64,000 bases of DNA from an uncultured Candidatus Saccharibacteria bacterium (GCA_964646315.1 CAZYDN010000002.1:962-64961), one strand, 5' to 3'; shown: positions 44,896 to 56,522, counted from the first letter of the stretch. A program made the numbers and translations. The notes: generated by a model from the letters alone, not told the origin.

Positions 44896-46857
44896 CTAGA
44901 CGCCGATGAGAACAGGAATCACCATAGGAGCCTTGTTCGTACGGGTGAAGAGGTACCCAGCCATGGTGTCGCTGAGTGCGTTCTTCACGAAGTCGAGATC
45001 CACAGGATTCATACCCTCGGTAGTGTCTTCCACGGTCTTCTTAATGAGAAGACGTGCCTGGTTGAGCATCTCCTGGTTTTCACGAAGGTAGATAAATCCA
45101 CGACTGATGATATCTGGAGACTTGCGAAGTTTACCGGTCTTAAGGTTCACCGTCGCAATGATGACAAACATGCCATCCTTTGAAAGTGCCTGGCGATCGC
45201 GGATAACTACTTCCTGAATGTCGCCGATAGAGAAACCGTCCACAACAAGCGGTGAGTTAGGTACTCGCTCCTTGTGTACAAACATGGTCTTGCCTTCGAT
45301 GAGGTCGATAACAGAACCATTATCGGCAAGCACAATCTGGTCGCGCGGACGTCCTGCTTGTTCTACCGCCTTAGCGTGGCAACTGGTCATTGAGTAGTAG
45401 CCATACGCGGGCATGAAGAACTTAGCGCCAACCTGCTGGTTGATCCATACGAGCTCTCCAGAGTTTCCGTGACCGGTTGAGTGAACGTCGGAAGACTTGT
45501 AGTGAATGAGTGTTGCGCCATTTCGGTACAACATATCCTTCAAGTTCTGTACGGAGATTTCGTTACCTGGAATAACGGAAGAAGAAAGCACGATGGTGTC
45601 ACGAGGAGAAAGAATGATGTTCTTATGCTGCTTGGTAGCAATACGCATAAGCGCTGCAAACTCTTCTCCCTGAGCACCTGTCGCAAGCACCACAATCTTG
45701 TCGGCAGGGTAATCCTGAATTTCCTGAGCCGTGATGATGGTTTCTTTCTTTACCGCAAGCAAACCGGTAAGCTGTGCAATTTCGAGGTTGGTGCGCATAG
45801 ACCTACCCTCCATCACAATTTTCTTACCAAGTGATTCTGCAATCTGAATGATGCGAATCATACGCTCAAACTGAGAAGCAAAAGTTCCGATGATGAGGCG
45901 TCCCTGTACGGTGCGCACGATATTCTCGAGTGTCTCGTGTACGCGCTTCTCGGGAATAGAGAACCCGTCACGCTCAGCGTTAGTAGAGTCGGCAATAAAG
46001 AAGAGGTTGTTGTCCTTTCCAATTTCACCCCACTTCTTCTGCTCGTGGTCTGCGGGAATACCACCCTCGTGATCGAGTTTTAGGTCTCCGGTAGCTACCA
46101 CATTGCCCCACGGGGTTTCGATAGAGATACCCATTGAGTCAGGAATGGAGTGGGTTACCGGGAAGAACTTTACGCGGGAACTTCCCACCGTGTGAACACT
46201 TCCAGGCTCTACTACACGAATGTCGAGAGCTGCCATGTCAGGGTATTCCTCCTGACGCTTCGCAATCATGATTGCGGTTAGATTCTGCGTGTAAATCGGT
46301 GGATTACCGAAACGTCCCATAAGGAACGGGATACCGCCGATGTGGTCGAGGTGACCGTGCGTAATGAACACTGCACGTACACGGTCCTGATTCTTCTCGA
46401 GGTAACGAGTATTTGGAAGAATGTAGTCGACTCCTGGGTTAGTACCACCGGGTACGAATTGGAATCCTGCGTCGCATACGAAGATGTCGTTTTGGGTTTC
46501 TACCGCAAACATGTTGCGTCCCACTTCTTCAACGCCACCAAGGGGTACGATACGGACCGTTTTTTCGTCACAAGGAGCGGGGAAGTAATCTGGCTTATTC
46601 TTTTCAGTACCCTGACCGCCCTGTGAAGGAGAACCTCCACCAGGACGACGAAGAGTACGACGAATCTGACGACCGACGCCTCCGGGGCGTGAACCTTGAT
46701 CGCCTGGTCCGCGACCAGAACCACCACGGTTGCGACCGCCACGAGTACCACGCGTGCGAGTTCCCTCAGGACGAGGTCCTTGTGGGTCTCTGGCGGGTGG
46801 TGGAGTGCCCCCTGAACGCTCGCGAGGAGCAGGGGCAGGAGCTGGAGCTGCTGACAT
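44896..46857 (-). CDS. rnj: Ribonuclease J with low-complexity N-terminal extension
   Basis: PLGGVEEVGRNM, THGHLDHIG, HSIPD, TGAQGE, VHSTGH. Confidence 0.96.
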   Translation of the reverse strand: MSAAPAPAPAPRERSGGTPPPARDPQGPRPEGTRTRGTRGGRNRGGSGRGPGDQGSRPGGVGRQIRRTLRRPGGGSPSQGGQGTEKNKPDYFPAPCDEKTVRIVPLGGVEEVGRNMFAVETQNDIFVCDAGFQFVPGGTNPGVDYILPNTRYLEKNQDRVRAVFITHGHLDHIGGIPFLMGRFGNPPIYTQNLTAIMIAKRQEEYPDMAALDIRVVEPGSVHTVGSSRVKFFPVTHSIPDSMGISIETPWGNVVATGDLKLDHEGGIPADHEQKKWGEIGKDNNLFFIADSTNAERDGFSIPEKRVHETLENIVRTVQGRLIIGTFASQFERMIRIIQIAESLGKKIVMEGRSMRTNLEIAQLTGLLAVKKETIITAQEIQDYPADKIVVLATGAQGEEFAALMRIATKQHKNIILSPRDTIVLSSSVIPGNEISVQNLKDMLYRNGATLIHYKSSDVHSTGHGNSGELVWINQQVGAKFFMPAYGYYSMTSCHAKAVEQAGRPRDQIVLADNGSVIDLIEGKTMFVHKERVPNSPLVVDGFSIGDIQEVVIRDRQALSKDGMFVIIATVNLKTGKLRKSPDIISRGFIYLRENQEMLNQARLLIKKTVEDTTEGMNPVDLDFVKNALSDTMAGYLFTRTNKAPMVIPVLIGV

Positions 46858-46972
46858 AATGTCTATTGGTTAATTGATAGTGAATGAATTCGTAATGTCT
46901 CTGTTCTAGAGTCACTAGACGCTAGCCCCGGAATTTCCTGATAGTGGTTTCAGGAAACACATGAGCCAAAGG

Positions 46973-48703
46973 CTAATGACTCGGCACGAGAAACGGCCAG
47001 ACGTACGCACGCTCTTTGTACCAGGTCGCTACTGTCGCGAATCGGTCCGCGGGCGCCGCAATCTGCGGAAGATTGACGCCGTAAAGGGTCTTAGGGATAG
47101 CATACAGGAAGTCTGGTGCATGCGTAAAGGCAGCTGGGTAATCGGCCGCTATTTTGTCGCTCGCGCTCTGAATATATCCTCTCGCTTTCTCCGGATCGCT
47201 CTCTGCACGTGCCTTTTCAAGGAGCGCGTCCACGGTTGAGTTGGAGTACGACGCAATATTGAGTCCTGGATCTGTCTGTTCGGATGAGTCCCAGAACGCG
47301 TACAAATCTTGCTCGCGACCAATCACCATGCCAAACAGGAGTGCACTGTAGTTGCGAGGACGAATAACTTCCTGAGAGAGATCTCCTGGCTCGAAGAGTT
47401 CAATAGAAGTAGGTACTCCCAGTGACTGCCAGTCAGCCTGCACGGCGGCAGCGATGAGCTTTAGTTCAGGTACGTTTGAAGTGCGGATAGTAATGGTGTC
47501 GATAGACAATTTTGCTTTCGCATTTTTCCATGTGCCAGCTTCCTCGTCGTATACCCATCCCGCGTCTACCAATATCTTTTTTGCGTCTGCAATTCTCGTA
47601 GATGCTTGGGGAAGGGCGGGAGGCACAATACCGTTTCCTTCGGACACGGGACCAATAAGTCCTGTTGCATATCCACCAAGTACGTCGCTCACCACGTGTT
47701 CGCGATCGATTGCTATAGAAAGTGCTTTGCGAACCTCGAGCTGGCCGAGAGCCTCGTTTTCTTTCTTATTAAAGAAGACGCCAAATACACGAGAGTAGGG
47801 TGCGCGTAGCGCGCGTTGAACCCCAATACCATATGCGCTCTCCACCTTACCGCTGCGGTACGCTCCCTGAAGAAGTGTGGGAGTTTGATAAAAACGAACA
47901 TGAATAGTTTCAAGGTAAGGACGACCTAGTGCGTACCCCGGGTCTGCTTTCAAGTCGTACCCTGTAATAGCTCCCTGCTTATCTTCGATAACCTTTTGTA
48001 CTTTAAACGGACCGCTTCCTACTGGATGCTTCATGAGTGGAGAGAAGGGGAAGTCACTATTAGGAATATTGCGCCAAAGATGCGCAGGCAAAATACCAAG
48101 TGTGGTGTCGGCGAGGAACGGAGCGTAGGGCTTCGGAAGGGTAAAGCGAACGGTGCGCGCGTCTACCACCTCTGCCTTAATACTTGCCCAGTTGGAGTAT
48201 TCAGGACTTTTGAGACCAGGATCCTGGGCTTTTTGCACCGTGAATACGACGTCTGTAGCAGTGATAGGAGTTCCATCAGAAAACTTTGCATGATCGCGAA
48301 GAACAAAGGTGTAGATTTTTCCGTCCTCAGAAACACTGTAGCTGGTGGCTATCACTGGCACGAGCGTGCCATCTTTCCCAATACCCATAAGGCCTGCAAA
48401 AGTAAGCGCCGTAAGGTCGCGGTCTGCGTCCGTAAGTGCCAAAAGTGGGTTCACAAAACGAGGAGTTCCTACTGCTCCTTCCGTGAGACTTCCGCCATGA
48501 GCTGGAACTTCCACAAGAAGAGAACGAGTGAATACAAAAAAAGCGACAAGACTCGTAACTACTACCCCCATACCTAAAATAACCGCGATGAGTTTGTCGC
48601 CGGGGGGAAGGGAACGGATATGTCCTGAAATTCTTGCAAGTGGCGCGATAGAACGCGGCGCCACTAGAATTTCGAGGAAGCGTGAAGGACGCTCCGATTT
48701 CAT
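46973..48703 (-). CDS. ABC peptide substrate-binding protein (family 5)
   Basis: FSDGTPITATDVVFT, PVGSGPF, VRKALS. Confidence 0.92.
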   Translation of the reverse strand: MKSERPSRFLEILVAPRSIAPLARISGHIRSLPPGDKLIAVILGMGVVVTSLVAFFVFTRSLLVEVPAHGGSLTEGAVGTPRFVNPLLALTDADRDLTALTFAGLMGIGKDGTLVPVIATSYSVSEDGKIYTFVLRDHAKFSDGTPITATDVVFTVQKAQDPGLKSPEYSNWASIKAEVVDARTVRFTLPKPYAPFLADTTLGILPAHLWRNIPNSDFPFSPLMKHPVGSGPFKVQKVIEDKQGAITGYDLKADPGYALGRPYLETIHVRFYQTPTLLQGAYRSGKVESAYGIGVQRALRAPYSRVFGVFFNKKENEALGQLEVRKALSIAIDREHVVSDVLGGYATGLIGPVSEGNGIVPPALPQASTRIADAKKILVDAGWVYDEEAGTWKNAKAKLSIDTITIRTSNVPELKLIAAAVQADWQSLGVPTSIELFEPGDLSQEVIRPRNYSALLFGMVIGREQDLYAFWDSSEQTDPGLNIASYSNSTVDALLEKARAESDPEKARGYIQSASDKIAADYPAAFTHAPDFLYAIPKTLYGVNLPQIAAPADRFATVATWYKERAYVWPFLVPSH

Positions 48704-48710
48704 GGTGAGA

Positions 48711-48941
48711 TTAGAGAAGAAAGCCTGCTGCAGCTGAGAGCACAAAGAGTATGGCAATCACGATAGTAGCCCTAAATAGGAACTTTTCGGCGCCACGGCG
48801 CTTGTAGAAAGTGGAGGCGAAATTATCGCCACCAAAGGCCCCTCCTAGGTTGGCGCCGCGCTGTTGAAGCACGATACCTATAATAAGGAGTAGGGAAAGC
48901 GTTATCTCGATGTATGGCAGAGCTGCCTTAAGCGATTCCAT
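48711..48941 (-). CDS. secG: Preprotein translocase SecG
   Basis: IVLQQRGANLGGAFGG, RRGAEKFL. Confidence 0.93.
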   Translation of the reverse strand: MESLKAALPYIEITLSLLLIIGIVLQQRGANLGGAFGGDNFASTFYKRRGAEKFLFRATIVIAILFVLSAAAGFLL

Positions 48942-49129
48942 CTGTGAGGGCTACGGTAGCACGGAAAAAGGGGGGTCGCAAGATGGGTGGGAGAGTCGGG
49001 AAGTTGGGGTGATTGTGGAGTACGGAATATTTTCTTGATAGAAAATTTCCTCCTGCTCGGCTCGTCAGTCTGCGCAGAGCCTCCACAATCGCACCAACCT
49101 CCCTTATAGAGGAATAAGGGACGGTGGAA

Positions 49130-49167
49130 TTGACGGTTTTTTCTTTCGTGCCCTATACTGTGGATAA
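49130..49167 (+). promoter_or_regulatory. groESL promoter with overlapping DnaA-box consensus
   Basis: TTGACG-18-TATACT; TGTGGATAA at 49159-49167. Confidence 0.65.
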
Positions 49168-49248
49168 CTTTTCCAGGTTTTGGAAAGGGCAGAATCGATG
49201 GGCGCATCTCATGCGCGTTCTTATTAACCTTTAAGAGCGTAATTTCTT

Positions 49249-49554
49249 ATGGCAAAGACCGAAACGGTATCTATTTCACCTTTGGGCGATCGCATTGTAC
49301 TGGCACCGTTAGCTAAAGAAGAAGCGACCCTGTCAGGTATTTTAATCCCAGACTCGGCCAAACAAGATAAACCGGAACGCGGAACCGTTGTTGCTGTTGG
49401 TCCAGGTAAATATGACGACGGCGTACTAGTTCCGATGCAGGTAAAAATCGGTGATACGGTGCTTTTTTCTAAGTACGGATACGAAGAAGTAAAAGTTGAT
49501 GGAAGAGATTACTACATTCTTTCGGAATCAAGTGTACTGGCGATTATTTCCTAA
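49249..49554 (+). CDS. groES: Co-chaperonin GroES
   Basis: PLGDRI, GILIPDSA, GTVVAVGPG. Confidence 0.98.
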   Translation: MAKTETVSISPLGDRIVLAPLAKEEATLSGILIPDSAKQDKPERGTVVAVGPGKYDDGVLVPMQVKIGDTVLFSKYGYEEVKVDGRDYYILSESSVLAIIS

Positions 49555-51213
<1,659 letters not shown>

Positions 51214-51273
51214 AGAAATTTGCTTATTAAATGATTCAAACCCTCGAGCGCACGCGCTCGAGGGTTTGTTTGT

Positions 51274-51423
51274 CTAGAATCGTTTTCGATACCAGGACGT
51301 TCCGGTTGTCGCCCACGTGGGAGATTGCCTGAGCTTCTGTTTCAGGCGCTCGATCTCAGGCGACCACTGTACGGGAAACGCATCGGAGAAGAGTTTGCCG
51401 AGGGCTAAAAAAAGATCACTCAT
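51274..51423 (-). CDS. 49-aa orphan ORF (not in ORF track)
   Basis: MSDLFLALGKLFSDAFPVQWSPEIERLKQKLRQSPTWATTGTSWYRKRF; AGGA upstream. Confidence 0.4.
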   Translation of the reverse strand: MSDLFLALGKLFSDAFPVQWSPEIERLKQKLRQSPTWATTGTSWYRKRF

Positions 51424-51441
51424 TGTTGTGGGTCCTGCTTG

Positions 51442-51612
51442 TTATTCCCAGTTATGCTTCCCGTCAGCATAGGTGTCGCCGTTGAGAGCTTTGACGAAAT
51501 CATTCAGTCCCGGAATGTGCATCCGCTTGAGCGCGGGCCCGAGCACGTTACGGCAGACGCCCACCACAAGCAGAAGTACGACTAACCGTACGCCAATTTC
51601 GGTATAGGTCAT
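51442..51612 (-). CDS. 56-aa orphan single-TM ORF (not in ORF track)
   Basis: MTYTEIGVRLVVLLLVVGVCRNVLGPALKRMHIPGLNDFVKALNGDTYADGKHNWE; SD AGGAGG; TTGCGC-17-TAGGCT. Confidence 0.6.
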   Translation of the reverse strand: MTYTEIGVRLVVLLLVVGVCRNVLGPALKRMHIPGLNDFVKALNGDTYADGKHNWE

Positions 51613-51715
51613 TTGAGGCTCCTCCTATCTATGAGCCTACGGTGAAGAAAGCGATTGCGCAATACTTGTCGCCTCGTTGCAAGACGCTATACTAAAGGAG
51701 TAATCAAACGCTACT

Positions 51716-52285
51716 ATGACTATTATCTACATCATTTTGGGAGTTATTGCGGTGCTCGTGCTTTGGGTTGTTGCTTCGTTCAACGGGTTTATAGCAAAGC
51801 GCAATCAGGCAAAAGAAGCGTGGGCAGATATCGACGTACAACTCAAGCGTCGCTATGACCTTATTCCCAACCTCATCAACACGGTGAAGGGATACGCGAC
51901 TCATGAAGCCGCAGCTTTTGAAAAAGTATCAAACGCACGCGCTGCTGCTATGGGCGTGGGAAGTGCAGGTACACCAACACAGAAAGCAGAAGCAGAGAAC
52001 ATGCTCACGGGGGCACTCAAGAGTGTGTTTGCTATTGCAGAAGCGTATCCAGACCTTAAGGCAAATGAAAACTTCCTTCAGCTTCAGAAGGAGCTTGGTG
52101 ATACGGAAGACAAAATCCAGGCAGCTCGTCGCTTCTACAACCAGACCGTCATGGCTCTCAACACTGCCATTGAATCCTTCCCAGGAAATCTTATTGCAGG
52201 AACTTTTGGCTTTGCACAGATGGACCTCTTCGAGCTCTCTGAGGAAAATGCTGCGGCACGTGAGCCAGTAGCAGTGAACTTCTAG
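51716..52285 (+). CDS. lemA: LemA family protein
   Basis: IDVQLKRRYDLIPNL, EAYPDLKANENF, ARRFYN. Confidence 0.96.
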   Translation: MTIIYIILGVIAVLVLWVVASFNGFIAKRNQAKEAWADIDVQLKRRYDLIPNLINTVKGYATHEAAAFEKVSNARAAAMGVGSAGTPTQKAEAENMLTGALKSVFAIAEAYPDLKANENFLQLQKELGDTEDKIQAARRFYNQTVMALNTAIESFPGNLIAGTFGFAQMDLFELSEENAAAREPVAVNF

Positions 52286-52327
52286 TTACCGGTAACCCTG
52301 GCGCACGTGTACGCGTCTACCTTATAT

Positions 52328-53218
52328 ATGGCATCTACTCTCTATCAACAGCGATCCGCAAATGCATGGCGTACCGCATTCCTTATGGCAATGTTCTTGG
52401 CCATAGTGCTTGGTATTGGGTACGCCGTGTCGTGGTACTACCAGTCGCCAGGCATCCTCTACGTAGCGATAGTGTTCGCACTCTTCATGAATGTATGGAG
52501 CTACTGGTTTAGTGATAAGCAGGTGCTCTCCATGACCGGGGCAAAGCCAGCTACACGCGAAGAATACTTTGATCTCTACACCGTTACCGAAAACATGTCT
52601 ATTGCGGCAGGACTTCCTATGCCAAAGCTCTACGTGATAGAGGACGCTGCGCCAAACGCATTTGCCACAGGACGTGATGAAAAGCATGCGGTAGTAGCAG
52701 CTACTACCGGCTTGCTCGCTATGCTTGATAGGCAGGAGCTCGAGGGAGTTATTGCTCATGAGCTTTCTCACATTCAAAACCGGGATATGCTCGTGATGAC
52801 CGTTGCCGTGGTGCTCGCTGGATTCCTTGCGATTATCGCAGACATGTTCTTGCGCATGAGTATGTTTGGAGGAAACAGAGACGATAATCGTGGAGGCTTG
52901 TTTATGATTCTTGCGATTGTGGGAATAATCTTGGCACCAATAGCGGCGCAACTTATTCAGTTGGCGATTTCCCGTCGCCGGGAATATTTGGCGGACGCGT
53001 CAGGTGCACTTCTTACACGGTATCCAGAAGGTCTTGCACGAGCACTTACAAAAATTAGTAGCTACGCGACGCCGATGCATAAGGCAAACCATGCAACCGC
53101 GCACCTCTTTATTGCCAACCCATTTGGCTCCCGCGCAAAGGGATTTGTGAACGGACTCTTTGCTACACATCCGCCGGTTGAGGCTCGCGTAAAAGCGCTC
53201 CTCGGCACAAGTGCGTAG
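52328..53218 (+). CDS. htpX: Zinc metalloprotease HtpX (M48)
   Basis: PNAFATG, HELSH, SRRREYLAD, THPP. Confidence 0.95.
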   Translation: MASTLYQQRSANAWRTAFLMAMFLAIVLGIGYAVSWYYQSPGILYVAIVFALFMNVWSYWFSDKQVLSMTGAKPATREEYFDLYTVTENMSIAAGLPMPKLYVIEDAAPNAFATGRDEKHAVVAATTGLLAMLDRQELEGVIAHELSHIQNRDMLVMTVAVVLAGFLAIIADMFLRMSMFGGNRDDNRGGLFMILAIVGIILAPIAAQLIQLAISRRREYLADASGALLTRYPEGLARALTKISSYATPMHKANHATAHLFIANPFGSRAKGFVNGLFATHPPVEARVKALLGTSA

Positions 53219-53239
53219 TCGTTTCTGAGTGTGGGGATT

Positions 53240-53644
53240 TTATTTCTTCCGGGTAAGCAAAGCATCAATATTTTGCCAGCGACCCTTACCTTGAGGGAGC
53301 ATTCCTGCGCGCAAAATTGATTCCAGTGTTTTCCAAAGCATCTCTCGTTCCTTCTTAGATGCAGACAGTCTTTCGAGTGACTGAAAATCTCCCTGGAGAA
53401 GCTGTGCATGCAATCGCTTGATGGTTGAGGTACTTACACCGAGTACTTGACCTATTCGGTAATAGGAAAAACTCTCATTCAGCATAAGTATGATTGCAAG
53501 TCGCTTTGCGAGCATTAGGTGCTCGGTCTCAGTTAATACTTCAGTGAGTATTTTGGAACCACGCTTCGTCAGTACTTGTACGAGCTGTGTCGCTATTTGT
53601 TTGGAAACCTGAGTATCCAGTTTCTTAGTGCTTACGTGAGGCAT
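53240..53644 (-). CDS. TrpR-like YerC/YecD protein
   Basis: LTETEHLMLAKRL, SYYRIGQVLGVSTSTI HTH. Confidence 0.85.
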   Translation of the reverse strand: MPHVSTKKLDTQVSKQIATQLVQVLTKRGSKILTEVLTETEHLMLAKRLAIILMLNESFSYYRIGQVLGVSTSTIKRLHAQLLQGDFQSLERLSASKKEREMLWKTLESILRAGMLPQGKGRWQNIDALLTRKK

Positions 53645-53688
53645 AGTCGGGTAATATACCGATATATCGGTATATTACCCGACTATGC
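53641..53688. repeat. 48-bp perfect palindrome
   Basis: GCATAGTCGGGTAATATACCGATA|TATCGGTATATTACCCGACTATGC. Confidence 0.95.
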
Positions 53689-53728
53689 TAGTAGAGAGAA
53701 GAGGTGAGCTGTGATATAAAACCTGTAC

Positions 53729-53816
53729 GGAGGCGTCGCATAGCGGTCTAGTGCACCATCTTGGAAAGGTGGCGTGTCGAAAGATACCGAGAGTTCGAAT
53801 CTCTCCGCCTCCGCCA
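53729..53816 (+). tRNA. tRNA-Ser(GGA)
   Basis: GGAGGCG/CGCCTCC acceptor, anticodon loop TT-GGA-AA, long variable arm, GTTCGAATC, encoded CCA. Confidence 0.96.
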
Positions 53817-53877
53817 GAAGTATTAATATCAGAAGACTCGGGTACTAATAAGCTTGTTTTCGAGCTAGAGTATCTAC

Positions 53878-54975
53878 ATGATTTCTTTTCTCGAAAAACT
53901 ATTCACATCCATAGTGATTGGTGTGTCGGGTTTTTTCGGTATTCATGCAGAAGTACCGGCAATGGTGCCGCCTGCTACCACAAATTCTTCACAGGAATCA
54001 GTGTCGGAGTCGGCCGCTACGTCTGCGCAGAACACAGTGACTCCTACTGTAGCGCAAAGTGGATGGAAAAATATTGCGTTGGCTGGCCTAACGATTGAGT
54101 ACCCGTCGTCTCTAAAAGTGATTCATAACACAGACACCCCCAGCGCGCAGCTACGATTTGTGGAAAGTGCCAATAATCGCCATGCAAGAGTTTTCGTCTC
54201 TGCGGCGAACATTATTCCTGCAAATCAGGATCTCAAAAGTTGGTTGGAAAGTTTTGATTATTTCAAAGCCCAGTACCGCGCACAAAAATATATCTCGTAT
54301 AAACGCAAAGATGGTGTTGAAGTTTTTGCAAGTCTTGGGAACACGCAATCATATGACGACGCGTTCATGCGTTCTGGTGCTGCTGTCGTATATGTAAAAA
54401 ATGGTGTGAACGAATATACTAAAGTAAGCGACAGCGACTTTCGTGAAATCATCGAGCGAATAAAACTTCCAAATGGTTTGAAACTCGGGACCGTTGCTGG
54501 TGGGTATGGCTGTATTACTGGCTCTGATGAGTTGATGACTTTGTACTGGGGAACGCAATATCGCAAAGTAAATCCTTCCGTTCCGTTCATTTACGCGTCT
54601 GGCTCGTATTGTGAATCGGCCAATGGCTCAAAACTTATGACCATGGCTTATTTTCTGCAAGGAACAGGAAGCGGAAATGAGCAAGCGATTGTTTCGTTCG
54701 ATAGTACAGGCAAAATCACAAATACTTACAAAGGAAGTATTTGCCACACTGTGGGTGATTTCGGTTCACCGCTTATCTCATCAGTCGAACAAGGAAGAAT
54801 CAATATGTTCTGCCTTAGCGGAGATGGGGGATATACAGCATTCGAGGTCTTTCAAGCACCACTCGATACACTCGTCCCGGTGGCGGTTAAGCGTGATTCA
54901 GCTGTTTACAATTCGGTCAAAGCCATTGTAGAAAAAATCTACAATATAGATTTCTCCACACGCAATTTGTTCTAG
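53878..54975 (+). CDS. Orphan exported protein
   Basis: Hydrophobic N-terminus, S/T linker, 4 Cys in C-terminal half. Confidence 0.7.
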   Translation: MISFLEKLFTSIVIGVSGFFGIHAEVPAMVPPATTNSSQESVSESAATSAQNTVTPTVAQSGWKNIALAGLTIEYPSSLKVIHNTDTPSAQLRFVESANNRHARVFVSAANIIPANQDLKSWLESFDYFKAQYRAQKYISYKRKDGVEVFASLGNTQSYDDAFMRSGAAVVYVKNGVNEYTKVSDSDFREIIERIKLPNGLKLGTVAGGYGCITGSDELMTLYWGTQYRKVNPSVPFIYASGSYCESANGSKLMTMAYFLQGTGSGNEQAIVSFDSTGKITNTYKGSICHTVGDFGSPLISSVEQGRINMFCLSGDGGYTAFEVFQAPLDTLVPVAVKRDSAVYNSVKAIVEKIYNIDFSTRNLF

Positions 54976-55121
54976 TCATTTCTGGAGGACACTCTTCGCC
55001 TTTTTAGTATGTTCTTCATGGTGGCGAGGGCTGCCGTGAGCACGCTGGGCAGGTGGGACAAACACACTTAGCTATTTTCAAGCGTGAACCCGGAGGTCTG
55101 TTACCGCTATACTTCAGGTAT

Positions 55122-55709
55122 ATGGAAGGACCGCCCTTAACTAGCTTGCCTTCAATAGAAGCACAGAAGGAAATAATTCTATCCCAAGTTACGCCTGAGG
55201 ATTATGCCGGCGTGCTCAATGTTCAATACAAGGCAGCGTTGAAGAATTATCCAAATGAGGAACTGGGAATAACGACAGAGGATATAGAGGCAGATTATGC
55301 CGAAGCTAGGACTGAAGAAAAAATAAAAGAAAAAGAAGAACATTGGAGAGATTTGCCAGCGAATCCAAATCAACAGTATTTAGTAGCTAAGAGCGAGGGT
55401 AATGTTGTTGGTTTTTGCGTTGTCGACAAGTATGAGGATAGAAATCAACTTAGCGGAATTTACATTGCCCCTGAATTTCAAGGAAAGGGATTAGGAAAAA
55501 AATTCTGGGAGCAGGCCATGACCTTTATTGATTCTTCGAAGGATACGGTAGTGATGTTTCTTCCGTATAACACTCAAGCTATTGGTTACTACCGTAGTCT
55601 TGGATTTGAGAAGACAGGAGTCGTTGGGAATAATGGTATAGGTAGCAAAATGAAAAGTGGAGCAATTATGCCGGGACCTATAGAAATGCTTCGAAAAGCA
55701 AAGTGGTAG
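55122..55709 (+). CDS. GNAT N-acetyltransferase
   Basis: IYIAPEFQGKGLG, NTQAIGYYRSLGF. Confidence 0.9.
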   Translation: MEGPPLTSLPSIEAQKEIILSQVTPEDYAGVLNVQYKAALKNYPNEELGITTEDIEADYAEARTEEKIKEKEEHWRDLPANPNQQYLVAKSEGNVVGFCVVDKYEDRNQLSGIYIAPEFQGKGLGKKFWEQAMTFIDSSKDTVVMFLPYNTQAIGYYRSLGFEKTGVVGNNGIGSKMKSGAIMPGPIEMLRKAKW

Positions 55710-55719
55710 ACTTCAATCG

Positions 55720-56163
55720 ATGAAGAAGTTTTTAGTACTTGCAGGCGCACTCGGGGTGATACTTCTCGCGCTTTTTTTGTTTGAGACGCGACAGAATATT
55801 ATTTCACCTATCGATGCGGGAATTACGTATGAGGTAGTAAGTACACCTGAAGCAATGGCTAAGGGTTTGGGTGGTCGAAGTGATATACCGCATGACTATG
55901 GCATGTTGTTTGTATTTGCGACGTCTAACATCTATCACTTTTGGATGAAGGACATGCTCGTTCCTATCGATATTCTCTGGCTTAGCACTGACGGTACTAT
56001 TATAGGTATCGATGTATCAGTCTCGCCTGATACGTATCCAGCCACCTTTGCTCCCCCAAGACCTGCACGCTTTGTGCTTGAGATGCGGGCAGGGGAGGCG
56101 AAACTAAAAAATCTGTCGGTGGGGTTACGACTACTACTTCCGTCTCAGTTGCAGAAGCAGTAG
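55720..56163 (+). CDS. DUF192 family protein
   Basis: KGL, GMLFVF, FWMKDM..PIDI, VLE. Confidence 0.92.
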   Translation: MKKFLVLAGALGVILLALFLFETRQNIISPIDAGITYEVVSTPEAMAKGLGGRSDIPHDYGMLFVFATSNIYHFWMKDMLVPIDILWLSTDGTIIGIDVSVSPDTYPATFAPPRPARFVLEMRAGEAKLKNLSVGLRLLLPSQLQKQ

Positions 56164-56182
56164 AGCGTGGTATAATATATAC

Positions 56183-56522
56183 ACTGGCTCAGACGATCGC
56201 TGTAGTGTTCCTCGGAATACTGCAGAGGAAAGTCCGAACACAGGCACTACGCAAGTGGTGCAGAAAGGTAGCGGGTAATGCCCGTCCGCAGCGATGCGCG
56301 AGGTGCGAACAGTGACGCCGGGAGCGAAAGCAAACGGCATCTCTTTGAGATGAACTTTGTGGGCGACCACAAAGATGAAACGGCTAAATCCTTACCCCTG
56401 TGCAAGGCCGTGCCCACCACTTGCTGGTGTGGAGCGCCGCTCGAGGTAGTTGGTAACAACTATCCCAGATAGATGATCGTCCGCAGGTTTTCCTGCGACA
56501 GAATTCGGCTTATCGAGCCAGT
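56183..56522 (+). ncRNA. rnpB: RNase P RNA
   Basis: P1 ACTGGCTC/GAGCCAGT; GAGGAAAGTCC; ACAGAATTCGGCTTA; TGGTATAAT upstream; terminator about 56536-56570. Confidence 0.95.

Noticed and set aside
54992-55001. Degenerate copy of the tRNA 3' end (CTCTTCGCCT) as attR
   Set aside because: 9/10 match is too short to exceed chance
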